Translations under genes and position numbers: made by a program
From: an uncultured Dehalococcoidia bacterium
GTDB taxonomy: Bacteria; Chloroflexota; Dehalococcoidia; Lucifugimonadales; UBA3495
DNA length: 64,000 bases
Direction of reading: 5' to 3'
Assembly: GCA_951812625.1 (NCBI GenBank)
Contig: CATOSP010000003.1
Location: forward strand, 245,335 to 309,334
Shown here: piece by piece, positions 29,027-38,595 of the stretch
Numbering within the stretch: the first letter of the stretch is position 1
Layout of the letters: every line of letters begins with the position of its first letter
The notes under the pieces: model-generated
The model's input: the letters and a program-made list of their open reading frames with translations, nothing else
What the model was told of the DNA's origin: nothing
The model's database searches: none

Positions 29027-29069
29027 AAAATCCCCCCCCAGGTCACGAGTGCGACCAAGGGGGGATTTC
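29027..29069 (-). terminator. Intrinsic terminator after the ABC permease
   Basis: AAATCCCCCC/GGGGGGATTT stem. Confidence 0.6.
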
Positions 29070-29135
29070 TGGTAACTATTTCACCACTGACGGGCGCTTA
29101 GCACTGCGACCGAAGCAGGTCTCTTTCTGGGTTGT

Positions 29136-30119
29136 CTAGGTAGACCCGCGCAGCTTGGGGTCCATCACGTCTCGGATGGCGTCTCCAAGGACGTTCCAGG
29201 AGAAGACTACTACGGCGATCGCCAGGCCGGGGAATATCGCCAGTGATGGAGCCACGGTAACGTTGGCGGAACTGGCCTGACTGAGCATCCCGCCCCAGGA
29301 AGGCACGTCGATGGGAGTGCCGACGCCCAGGAAGCTAAGGGACGCTTCGGCGATGATAGCGCCGCCCAGGTGGAAGGTGAAGATCACCAGGTAAAGGGCG
29401 AAACAGTTGGGAATCATGTGCTTTATCATGATCCGCCAGTTACCCGCACCGATCGCCTGAGATGCCAGGATATAGTCCATCTCCTTGATGGCCATGAACT
29501 GGGAACGCATGATCCGGGCCGTACTTGGGATATACACGATGCTCAACGCGATAATCACGTTGAGCAGAGAAGCACCCAGGGCAGCCATGATGGCGATGGC
29601 CAGGATCAGCGTTGGGAATGAGATGAGGGCGTCTATGAACCTCTGGACCGTGAGGTCTGTGGCACCCCCGAAATGGACGCTGATGACCCCCACCATCATG
29701 CCGATGGTGCAACCCACGAGGGATGCCACGATTCCCACGTACAGGGAAATGCGGGCGCCGTAGATCAAGCGGCTGAAAACGTCCCGCGCGAGGTGATCAG
29801 CGCCGAACAACATAATCCCTTCCGGGTTTTCGGACCTGGCGCCCGGAGAGGCCCACTTGCACCTGTTATTCTGCTCGGAAGTGCATTGACTGATGACAGA
29901 ATACGGGTTGTAATTCGCTATCACAGGCGCAAAAACGGCCATAAGAACCAGGGTCGCCGCCACCGCCGCTCCGAACGTTCCGAGAGGTTTGCGAGTTACG
30001 AAGAAAAGGACGTTCTGGGCGAGGGTTCGCTTCGGCGGCAGAACGAAGATGGGTTGCGCCGGGGCCGCCGCCGCTGATTGTTCCGGGACCGCTCCGGCGG
30101 GAGTTTGTTCTTGGGCCAT
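29136..30119 (-). CDS. ABC transporter permease, DppC/OppC family
   Basis: GADHLARDVFSRLIYGARISL; EAA-like loop; AEASLSFLG; SWG. Confidence 0.93.
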   Translation of the reverse strand: MAQEQTPAGAVPEQSAAAAPAQPIFVLPPKRTLAQNVLFFVTRKPLGTFGAAVAATLVLMAVFAPVIANYNPYSVISQCTSEQNNRCKWASPGARSENPEGIMLFGADHLARDVFSRLIYGARISLYVGIVASLVGCTIGMMVGVISVHFGGATDLTVQRFIDALISFPTLILAIAIMAALGASLLNVIIALSIVYIPSTARIMRSQFMAIKEMDYILASQAIGAGNWRIMIKHMIPNCFALYLVIFTFHLGGAIIAEASLSFLGVGTPIDVPSWGGMLSQASSANVTVAPSLAIFPGLAIAVVVFSWNVLGDAIRDVMDPKLRGST

Positions 30120-30155
30120 CTCTATACCCCTACTTGAATACGTTGAATTGCCAGG

Positions 30156-31118
30156 CTAACTGTAGCGAATTCTGGGATTCAGCCAAGCATAAGTGAGGTC
30201 CAGCACCAGGTTCAAGAGCAGTACGACCACCGCTATCATCACTACGATAGCCTGGATTACGGGGAAGTCCCGGCTGGTGATGGCGGTAATCAGGAGGCGG
30301 CCCATGCCGGGAAGCAAGAATATCACCTCGATGATTACCGTGCCGGATATCAGGCGGCCGAATTCATAGCCGGTGAGCGTGACTACCGGAAGCAGGGCGT
30401 TCCGCAGGGCATGGCGGGATATTACCGTTCCTTCCCGCAGGCCCTTGGAACGGGCCGTCCTGATATAGTCCTCGTGCAAGACTTCCAGCATCGCCGAGCG
30501 GGTAATCCGTGCGATGAACGCCATGTTGGAAGTGCCCAGGGCGATCGCAGGAAATACCAACTGCTGGAAGTTGTTCCACGGATCATCCCAAACGTTCTTG
30601 TAGTCCAGTGGCGGGGCCCAGCCGAAGAAAAGCACCAGGAAGAAAATCGTCATCACGCCTACCCAGAAGTTGGGCAGGGCGATTCCGGCGATCGTAATCA
30701 CCCGCGTGACATAATCGCCCACGGTGTCCTGCTTGATTGCGGAAAGGACTCCCAATGGTATGGCCACGATGCTGGCCATAATGAGGGACATGAGGCCAAG
30801 TTCTATGGTGACGGGGAGCCTGTGCTTGATGTCGTCAATGACCTGGTCGCCTTCATAGAAGTATGAAGTCCCAAAGTCGCCCCGGAGCATTCTCCCAACC
30901 CATCTGATGTACTGCTCATATATGGGCTTATCGGTGCCGAGTTTGGCCCGTAAGTCGGCCAACTGCTGTTCGCTATAATCGTCCTCCCCTTCTTCTCCCC
31001 CGAGGATAAGCACCGCCGGGTCTCCGGGCACCACCCGGAGAATGGCGAACACGAGTACGGTCACTATGATCAGGGTAGGTACGAACAAGAAGCACCGCTT
31101 GACAATGTATGTCTTCAT
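30156..31118 (-). CDS. ABC transporter permease, DppB/OppB family
   Basis: PGDPA, GDFGTS, EDYIRTARSKGL, RHALRNA, RDFPVIQ. Confidence 0.94.
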   Translation of the reverse strand: MKTYIVKRCFLFVPTLIIVTVLVFAILRVVPGDPAVLILGGEEGEDDYSEQQLADLRAKLGTDKPIYEQYIRWVGRMLRGDFGTSYFYEGDQVIDDIKHRLPVTIELGLMSLIMASIVAIPLGVLSAIKQDTVGDYVTRVITIAGIALPNFWVGVMTIFFLVLFFGWAPPLDYKNVWDDPWNNFQQLVFPAIALGTSNMAFIARITRSAMLEVLHEDYIRTARSKGLREGTVISRHALRNALLPVVTLTGYEFGRLISGTVIIEVIFLLPGMGRLLITAITSRDFPVIQAIVVMIAVVVLLLNLVLDLTYAWLNPRIRYS

Positions 31119-31383
31119 CTTGCTCCTGAATATTGTTGGGGAACCGGGCTACGGCTCTCTAGGGATGTCGTGACGATGATTTCAGAGTCGATCAGACCGA
31201 CACATGCCTGGGCATTGTGAATTGCGACGTTAACTCCGGTCAAATAGGGTTGAGCTTATGCGTCTCCGATGAGGGCCTGGACTGCATTTCCAGCACAAGT
31301 CCTTGTAAACGATGCTAGTGAAATTGCAGCCTTAATCCACCTAAGCGATGAGAATGTTCTCCTGCCTTGCCGGAGTGCAGCAC

Positions 31384-31413
31384 ACTATATTATAGGCTCG
31401 AATAAAGTGTCAA
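31384..31413 (-). promoter_or_regulatory. Promoter, conserved ABC-cluster type
   Basis: TTGACA-N18-TATAGT. Confidence 0.6.
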
Positions 31414-31475
31414 TAGCTTTTCCTGGGATGCCTGGCACCTCGGTCTCGCGCTAGCAAAACGGTGTGGTTCCCGAG

Positions 31476-31511
31476 AAAAGAAAGAGGCCGGTCCCCTGCT
31501 GGGGACCGGCT
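31476..31511 (-). terminator. Intrinsic terminator after SBP1
   Basis: GCCGGTCCCC/GGGGACCGGC stem plus U-tract on the minus strand. Confidence 0.75.
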
Positions 31512-31538
31512 GTATCCGTGGCTGAACCGGGGAGTTGG

Positions 31539-33410
31539 CTACTTGCACTCAGGATCGCACCAAACATGCTCCCAGCGCATCCCCTGGTAGGTAAAGTTGT
31601 AATTCTGGATGCGGTGTTCAACGCCGTGGTGCCGATCGGTCCAGTATAGATATGGACTGGCGGTGTGCTCCTGCACGATTCTCGCCATCTCCTGGACGAT
31701 GGCCTTCCGTTTCTCCTGGTCTGGCTCCTTTACCTGCTGCTCGAAGAGCACCTCGAGGCCCGCGGGAGCGTAGTACTTACCCCGACCGCCGCCGGTCCAC
31801 TGGGGATTGGTCCCGCGTATAAGCCGGGCGAAGATGGCGTCGGGGTCGTTCATGAAGATGCTGCTGCCCTGGACGGCGAACTGGTAGTCGCCGGCCCAGT
31901 AGGCATCGAAGCCTGCACCGCTCTCCATTACCCTGAGCGTGATATCCCAGCCGAGGGCCTCCTCAAGCTGCTGCTTGACCAACACCGCGACGTCGGGATA
32001 GTCGCAGCAGTTCCGGGCGTGAAGAGTGATACTGAACGGACCTTCCATACCAATGCTGGCCAGCAGCCTCCTTGCCTCAGCCAGATCGTCGGGGTGCTTC
32101 GCCCCGTTCATTTCCCGGAAACCGGGCATGTTGTTGTACTCATCCTCAGAGAGGCTGTACCAGAAGCCCTCGGGCAACGGGTAACCCTTGGCGTACATGC
32201 CCTCGCTAATGTTGTCGATGATGGGCCGGGCATCCACCGCGAGTTGCACAGCCTTCCTGACCTCGGGTTGGTCGAAGGGGGCCTTGGCTGTGTTCATCAC
32301 GATAGCCATCAGGCTGATGGGACCAGCCCAGTGCATGGTCAGGTTTTCCATATCCTCGTCGAGCTGCAGGGCCTCGGCAACGGTGAGATTGTCAAGGGAC
32401 TGGTTGCTGGTGAGGATCTGGCCGGTCTTGAAGGCCGCGATCACCCGACCCGAGTCGGTCATTACGAAGTGCTTCATCCCGTCGATGTAGGGACGCCCTT
32501 CCTTGAAGTAGTCGTCGTTCCGCGTGTACTCGACCGACACTTCCTTGACGTACTCGACGAACTTGAATGGGCCAGAACCGACGATGACCTCCATATTCTT
32601 GCCACCCTGGGGTATCTCCTGGCCCACGACCACATGCTCCGGGATGATCAGGCAGGTGTGGTTGGCGATTGCCGGGAAGAAACCGCCGCTGGGGAATTTG
32701 GTCATGACCTCCACGGTCTTCTCATCAATGGCCCGCGACAGCCCCGAATCGTAGTATAGGGCGGTGTTGCAGTGGGTGGAGGTAGAGCGGCCCTTGATTG
32801 CCGGGAACTGGTCCGGCGCCACCATGCTCTCCAGGCTGAACACAATGTCTTTGGCAGTGACGGGAGTGCCATCCCACCACATGGCGTCGGGGTGGACCTT
32901 GAAGGTGTAGGTCACGCCGTCATCTGCCAGCTCCCAGCTCTCGCACAGGTCGCAACGAATGTCGCCCTGGTCGGGGGTCTCCGGGTTGTACTCGACCAGG
33001 TTGTTGAACATGGGAGCCATATTCATATTGAGGACCGACGACTGGTGGATCAGCCGCTGGCGCACATCGGCATACTGGCTCATGTTGATGATCCCGCCGC
33101 GCGTTGCCTCTGCGATGTAGTAGGGGTTGTCCGTGGCCTCGGCCTTGGCACCGGGAGCGATCTGGACTGCTGCACCCTCGTGGGTCTTCTTTTCGACCAC
33201 GGGAGTTGCAATTACCTCTTTAACTACTTCGACTTCCTTGATTACCTCTTTCTCAACGATTACTTCCTTGGGGACTTCCTTGATTACCTCTTTTTCCACC
33301 ACCACCGGCTCGGCCGGCGCCGCGGACCCACAGGCGATGATGAATACCAACGCCAGCAGGAGCGAAGTAAAGACTAACCCCCTTGAAACCCTTGACGAAC
33401 CTGATGCCAT
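31539..33410 (-). CDS. Family 5 ABC substrate-binding lipoprotein (SBP1)
   Basis: IIAC lipobox, EKEV linker, DLCESW, DGTPVTAKD, GSGPF. Confidence 0.92.
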   Translation of the reverse strand: MASGSSRVSRGLVFTSLLLALVFIIACGSAAPAEPVVVEKEVIKEVPKEVIVEKEVIKEVEVVKEVIATPVVEKKTHEGAAVQIAPGAKAEATDNPYYIAEATRGGIINMSQYADVRQRLIHQSSVLNMNMAPMFNNLVEYNPETPDQGDIRCDLCESWELADDGVTYTFKVHPDAMWWDGTPVTAKDIVFSLESMVAPDQFPAIKGRSTSTHCNTALYYDSGLSRAIDEKTVEVMTKFPSGGFFPAIANHTCLIIPEHVVVGQEIPQGGKNMEVIVGSGPFKFVEYVKEVSVEYTRNDDYFKEGRPYIDGMKHFVMTDSGRVIAAFKTGQILTSNQSLDNLTVAEALQLDEDMENLTMHWAGPISLMAIVMNTAKAPFDQPEVRKAVQLAVDARPIIDNISEGMYAKGYPLPEGFWYSLSEDEYNNMPGFREMNGAKHPDDLAEARRLLASIGMEGPFSITLHARNCCDYPDVAVLVKQQLEEALGWDITLRVMESGAGFDAYWAGDYQFAVQGSSIFMNDPDAIFARLIRGTNPQWTGGGRGKYYAPAGLEVLFEQQVKEPDQEKRKAIVQEMARIVQEHTASPYLYWTDRHHGVEHRIQNYNFTYQGMRWEHVWCDPECK

Positions 33411-33592
33411 AGATTGTCCTCCGACGAATACGTTAGATTTGAGGGTAAAGAGAGACCCAGGCTCCCATTCCCCCGATAGCTCGGGCCCGAGACGGGAATG
33501 CACTTCAGGCTGGCCACCACAACCCCGGGGTCGAGAGGTCTAAGGCCTGAACGATGCGATATCCGAGGATTCCGCCCGCCTCGAAGGTCAAC

Positions 33593-33622
33593 ACTATATT
33601 ATCTTTCGTGATTATATGTCAA
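33593..33622 (-). promoter_or_regulatory. Promoter of SBP1
   Basis: TTGACA-N18-TATAGT. Confidence 0.6.
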
Positions 33623-33883
33623 TAAGTTTATTGCAATTATCGATATGAGACGATAATGCAACATTTGTTGTATGTAATGGGATATTCGTACGGGTAATCA
33701 CGTTGTGTGTGCATGTGGCATACGGAGTTGATGTGGGTCAATTGGGACATGCAGGTCGGCAGCTAAGGGGCAATCTGCTCCCTTTCGACGCCTGGTCGTT
33801 GTCGGATTTCGATACGAGAATGACCAGCCCAGGGTCTCCGGCGAAGGCACTCCAGTTCTACAGATCGTAGCCCGTGGCCAAGC

Positions 33884-33914
33884 AAAAGGGCCGGTCCCTT
33901 GAGAGACCGGCCCC
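33884..33914 (-). terminator. Intrinsic terminator after SBP2
   Basis: GGGCCGGTC/GACCGGCCC stem plus U-tract on the minus strand. Confidence 0.75.
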
Positions 33915-33936
33915 TGGAATCCGTGTGCGTTAGACC

Positions 33937-35808
33937 CTAGTTACACTCAGGGTCGCACCAGACATGCTCCCAGCGTGAACCCTGGTAGGTGAAATTGAAG
34001 TTCTGGATGCGGTGCTCCACGCCGTGGTGCCGGTCAACCCAGTAGATGTAGGGGTTGGCCGATCCCTCGTATGCGAGCCTGCCCATCTCCTGGACGATGG
34101 CCTTCCGCTTCTCCTGGTCCGGCTCCCGTACCTGCTGGTCGAAGAGCGCTTCTACCCCAGCGGGAGCGTAATACTTGCCTCGTCCGCCGCCGGACCATTG
34201 AGGGGTGGTCCCGCGGATATACCGGGCGAAGAGAGCATCGGGGTCGTTCATGAAGATGCTGCCGCCCTGGACGGCGAACTGGTAGTCGCCTGCCCAGTAG
34301 GCATCGAAGCCAGCGCCGCTCTCCATCACCCTGAGAGTGATGTCCCAGCCCAGGGCTTCCTCAAGCTGCTGCTTGACCAACACCGCGACGTCGGGATAGT
34401 CGCAGCAGTTCCGGGCGTGGAGGACGATCTCGATATTGTCCATCCCGGCATTGGCCACCAACTTCCGAGCCTCGGCCAAGTCGTCCGGGTGCTTCTGCCC
34501 ATCGACGTCCCGGTAACCGGGCAGGTTGTCATACTCGGTATCCGGCAGGCTGTACCAGAAGCCCCTGGGCAACGGATAGCCCTTGGCGTACATCCCCTCG
34601 CTGATGTTTTCTATGATCGGCTGAGGATTGACGGCCAGCTTCACCGCTTTCCGTATATCGGGGTTGTCGAAGGGGGCCTTGGCGGTGTTCATCTGGACGT
34701 ACATCATGCTGATGGGGCCGGCCCAGTGCATGGTCAGGTTGTCCATCTCTTCATCAAGCTGCAGCGCCTCGGCAACGGTGAGGTTGTCGATGGACTGGTT
34801 GCTGGTGAGGATCTGGCCGGTCTTGAAGGCCGCGATGACCCGACCCGAGTCGGTCATCACGAAGTGCTTCATCCCGTCGATGTAGGGACGCCCTTCCTTG
34901 AAGTAGTCGTCGTTGCGGGTGTACTCGACGGATACTTCCTTGACGTAGTCCACGAACTTGAACGGGCCGGAGCCCACGAGGCCTTCCATGTTGCTCCCGG
35001 CCTGGGCTATCTCCTGACCGACCACCACGTGCTCGGGAATGATCAGGCAGGTGTGGTTGGCGATGGCCGGGAAGAACCCGCCGCTGGGGAACTTGATGAC
35101 GACCTCTGCGGTCTTTTCGTCGATAGCCCTCGCCTGCCCGGAATCGTAATACAGTCCAGTGTTGCAGTGGGTGGAGGTAGACCTACCCTTGATGGCCGGG
35201 AACTGGTCCGGCGCCACCATGCTCTCCAGGCTGAACACTACATCCTTGGCAGTGACGGGGGTGCCGTCCCACCACGTGGCGTCAGGGTGGACCTTGAAGG
35301 TGTAGGTCACACCATCGTCGGCCAACTCCCAGCTCTCGCACAGGTCACAGCGGAGGTCGCCCTGGTCGGCGGTCTCCGGGTTGTACTCGATCAGGTTGTT
35401 GAACAGGGGCGCCATGTTCATGTTCAACACCGACGACTGGTGGATCATCCGCTGGCGCACATCGGCGTACTGGCTCATGTTGATGAACCCGCCGCGCGTG
35501 GCCTCGGCGATGTAATAGGGGTTTTCCTTGGCCTCGGCCTTGGCGCCGGGGGCGACCTGTACTGCGGCGCCCTCGTGGGTCTTCTTCTCGTAGATTTCCG
35601 GGGTGACTACGACTTCCTTGATGACCTCGACTTCCTTGACCACCTCTTTCTCAACGATTACTTCCTTGGGAACCTCCTTGACCACTTCCTTCTCGATGAT
35701 TTGCGGCTCGGCCGGGGCGGCTGACCCGCAGGCAATGACCAAAGCCAGTACCAACAGGAGCGGAATAAGGATGAGTCCCCGTGAAACCCTCGACAAACCT
35801 GGTGCCAT
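33937..35808 (-). CDS. Family 5 ABC substrate-binding lipoprotein (SBP2)
   Basis: Close paralog of SBP1 and SBP3 with the same motifs. Confidence 0.92.
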   Translation of the reverse strand: MAPGLSRVSRGLILIPLLLVLALVIACGSAAPAEPQIIEKEVVKEVPKEVIVEKEVVKEVEVIKEVVVTPEIYEKKTHEGAAVQVAPGAKAEAKENPYYIAEATRGGFINMSQYADVRQRMIHQSSVLNMNMAPLFNNLIEYNPETADQGDLRCDLCESWELADDGVTYTFKVHPDATWWDGTPVTAKDVVFSLESMVAPDQFPAIKGRSTSTHCNTGLYYDSGQARAIDEKTAEVVIKFPSGGFFPAIANHTCLIIPEHVVVGQEIAQAGSNMEGLVGSGPFKFVDYVKEVSVEYTRNDDYFKEGRPYIDGMKHFVMTDSGRVIAAFKTGQILTSNQSIDNLTVAEALQLDEEMDNLTMHWAGPISMMYVQMNTAKAPFDNPDIRKAVKLAVNPQPIIENISEGMYAKGYPLPRGFWYSLPDTEYDNLPGYRDVDGQKHPDDLAEARKLVANAGMDNIEIVLHARNCCDYPDVAVLVKQQLEEALGWDITLRVMESGAGFDAYWAGDYQFAVQGGSIFMNDPDALFARYIRGTTPQWSGGGRGKYYAPAGVEALFDQQVREPDQEKRKAIVQEMGRLAYEGSANPYIYWVDRHHGVEHRIQNFNFTYQGSRWEHVWCDPECN

Positions 35809-35995
35809 ACACTGTCCTCCAACATTTTGCCAGAATCTGGCTGGGGGGGATGCCGGTCCGACCGGGTTGGGGCCCTGCTCCATTCCCAGGGTAGATTACT
35901 CAACGAGAGCTATTTCTCCTCGCTGCTCCAATTAAACCGACCACGTTGTTCGTAGGTGTTATGAGAACAGCTTTGCCCCGAGTGAAGCGCCAAAC

Positions 35996-36025
35996 ACTAT
36001 ATGATAGCCCTTAAATTCATGTCAA
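35996..36025 (-). promoter_or_regulatory. Promoter of SBP2
   Basis: TTGACA-N18-TATAGT. Confidence 0.6.
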
Positions 36026-36200
36026 TAGCATCATAAATGTGGAATATTGATTTCGAAAAGGCGTACTACAGCTCCGAAACCCGATACAGCCGTGGTGCCT
36101 CGTCTCGAAATGTGTGACGAAACACTATCACCATAACTGTTGATTCTGACTATTACTCAAGCTCAGAAGACTATTTTACATGCCGGACGGGATGCCAAAG

Positions 36201-36236
36201 AGAAGGGGCCGGACCTCCGGAGGTCCGGCCCCTTCT
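36201..36236 (-). terminator. Perfect 36-bp palindrome/terminator after SBP3
   Basis: AGAAGGGGCCGGACCTCC/GGAGGTCCGGCCCCTTCT. Confidence 0.75.
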
Positions 36237-36256
36237 TCATCTTCAGGCGATTTGTC

Positions 36257-38131
36257 CTACTTGCACTCAGGGTCGCACCAGACATGCTCCCAGCGCATCC
36301 CCTGGTAGGTGAAGTTGTAGTTCTGGATGCGGTGCTCCACGCCGTGGTGGCGGTCGGTCCAGTAGATGTAGGGGTTCGCTGTGCCCTCATAGGCCAGCCT
36401 TCCCATCTCGTGGACGATGGCCTTCCGCTTCTCTTGGTCCGGCTCCCTTACCTGCTGGTCGAAGAGCGCCTCCAGCCCTGCGGGTGCGTAGTATTTGCCC
36501 CGCCCGCCGCCGGTCCACTGGGGAATGGTGCCCCGGATGTACCGGGCGAAGATGGCGTCGGGGTCATTCATGAAGATGCTGCCACCCTGGATGGCGAACT
36601 GGTAGTCGCCTGCCCAGTAGGCATCGAAGCCCGCGCCGCTCTCCATCACCTTGATGGTGATGTCCCAGCCCAGGGCTTCCTCAAGCTGCTGCTTGACCAG
36701 AACCACCACGTCCGGGTAGTCGCAGCAGTTCCGGGCGTGCAGGGTGATTGAGAATGGACCGTCCATCCCCACGCTGGCCAGCAGCCGCTTGGCCTCGGCC
36801 AGGTCGTCCGGATGTTTCTGCCCATCAATGTCCCGGTACCCGGGCAGGTTGTCGTACTCCTCGTCGGAGAGGCTGTACCAGAAGCCCCTGGGCAACGGGT
36901 ATCCCTTGGTGTACATGCCCTCGCTGATGTTGTCGATGATCGGCTGCGGGTTGACAGCCAAGTTGACCGCCTTCCTGACCTCGGGCTGGTCGAAGGGGGC
37001 CTTGGCGGTGTTCATCACGATGTACATCATGCTGATGGGGCCGGCCCAGTGCATGGTCAGGTTTTCCATATCCTCGTCGAGCTGCAGCGCCTCGGCGACG
37101 GTGAGGTTGTCGATGGACTGGTTGCTGGTGAGGATCTGGCCGGTCTTGAAGGCCGCGATCACACGCCCCGAGTCTGTCATCACGAAGTGCTTCATCCCGT
37201 CGATGTAGGGACGCCCTTCCTTGAAGTAGTCGTCGTTGCGGGTGTACTCGACGGAAACCTCCTTGACGTACTCCACGAACTTGAATGGGCCGGAGCCGAC
37301 AAGCCCATCCATGTCGCTCCCGGCCTGGGGTATCTCCTGGCCGACCACCACGTGCTCGGGAATGATCAGGCAGGTGTGGTTGGCGATGGCCGGGAAGAAG
37401 CCGGCGGTCGGGAACTTGGCTATGACCTCCACGGTCTTCTCGTCGATGGCCCGCGACTGCCCTGAATCGTAGTACAGTCCAGTGTTGCAGTGGGTGGAGG
37501 TGGAGCGTCCCTTGATGGCCGGGAACTGGTCCGGCGCCACCATGCTCTCCAGGCTGAACACGATGTCCTTGGCAGTGACAGGGGTGCCGTCCCACCACGT
37601 GGCATCGGGGTGAACGTGGAAGGTATAGGTCACACCATCGTCGGCCAACTCCCAACTCTCGCACAGGTCACAGCGGAGGTCTCCCTGGTCGGCGGTCTCC
37701 GGGTTGTACTCAATGAGGTTGTTGAACAGTGGGGCCATGTTCATGTTCAACACGGCGGACTGGTGGATCATCCGCTGGCGCACGTCGGCGTACTGGCTCA
37801 TGTTGATGAAGCCGCCGCGCTTGGCCTCGGCGATGTAGTAGGGGTTTTCCTTGGCCTCGACCTTGGCTCCGGGGGCAACCTGTACTGCGGCGCCCTCGTG
37901 GGTCTTCTTCTCGTAGATTTCCGGGGTGACTACTACTTCCTTGACGACCTCAACTTCCTTGACCACCTCTTTCTCAACGATTACTTCCTTGGGAACTTCC
38001 TTGATCACCTCTCTCTCCACCACCACCGGCTCGGCCGGTGCGGCTGATCCGCAGGCGATGACCAAAGCCAGCGCCAACAGGAGTGGAATCAGAATGAGTC
38101 CTAGTGAAGTCCTTGACTTACCTGATGCCAT
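36257..38131 (-). CDS. Family 5 ABC substrate-binding lipoprotein (SBP3)
   Basis: Close paralog of SBP1 and SBP2. Confidence 0.92.
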   Translation of the reverse strand: MASGKSRTSLGLILIPLLLALALVIACGSAAPAEPVVVEREVIKEVPKEVIVEKEVVKEVEVVKEVVVTPEIYEKKTHEGAAVQVAPGAKVEAKENPYYIAEAKRGGFINMSQYADVRQRMIHQSAVLNMNMAPLFNNLIEYNPETADQGDLRCDLCESWELADDGVTYTFHVHPDATWWDGTPVTAKDIVFSLESMVAPDQFPAIKGRSTSTHCNTGLYYDSGQSRAIDEKTVEVIAKFPTAGFFPAIANHTCLIIPEHVVVGQEIPQAGSDMDGLVGSGPFKFVEYVKEVSVEYTRNDDYFKEGRPYIDGMKHFVMTDSGRVIAAFKTGQILTSNQSIDNLTVAEALQLDEDMENLTMHWAGPISMMYIVMNTAKAPFDQPEVRKAVNLAVNPQPIIDNISEGMYTKGYPLPRGFWYSLSDEEYDNLPGYRDIDGQKHPDDLAEAKRLLASVGMDGPFSITLHARNCCDYPDVVVLVKQQLEEALGWDITIKVMESGAGFDAYWAGDYQFAIQGGSIFMNDPDAIFARYIRGTIPQWTGGGRGKYYAPAGLEALFDQQVREPDQEKRKAIVHEMGRLAYEGTANPYIYWTDRHHGVEHRIQNYNFTYQGMRWEHVWCDPECK

Positions 38132-38320
38132 ACTACAATGCCCTCCAACATTTCGACGGATTCTGTCCGGTGAATGCCGGTCGCACCGGGTTGATTCCAC
38201 GCTCCAGGACAGGATGTGATTCCCTAACGAGAATATCGATCGCTGGTTAATATTATCGAAAGCACCTTATCAACTCGTATAATACATGTGAACCGTTTTA
38301 CCTATCCTAGAGCGATAAAC

Positions 38321-38349
38321 AATATATATTGGCTCTATATCTATGTCAA
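38321..38349 (-). promoter_or_regulatory. Promoter of SBP3
   Basis: TATTGACA, then a 17-bp spacer and TATATT. Confidence 0.5.
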
Positions 38350-38483
38350 TAGATGCACTAAAGGCAGATTTTACTTGCGAAACCTTGGTATTATATTTCG
38401 AATCTCACGTTTCTCGACAATAAATGCAGATATATGAGCTACGAAACACAGCTTCATTAATGGTAGATACTGCCAAGAACAAC

Positions 38484-38521
38484 AGAAGTGGGCTGCCTCC
38501 TGAGCGAGGCAGCCCACTTCT
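38484..38521 (-). terminator. Terminator hairpin after the DppC-like gene
   Basis: 16-bp stem AGAAGTGGGCTGCCTC/GAGGCAGCCCACTTCT. Confidence 0.75.
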
Positions 38522-38595
38522 GGCTGCGGGTGATTGTGCTTTACCTGCGCTGGAGGCCGCAGGCGTGAGCCGTTGGAAGCCGGTACAGCCCTTCT

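Noticed and set aside
33200-33310. Tandem-repeat-like DNA in the SBP N-termini
   Set aside because: Explained by the EKEVIKEV low-complexity linker coding sequence
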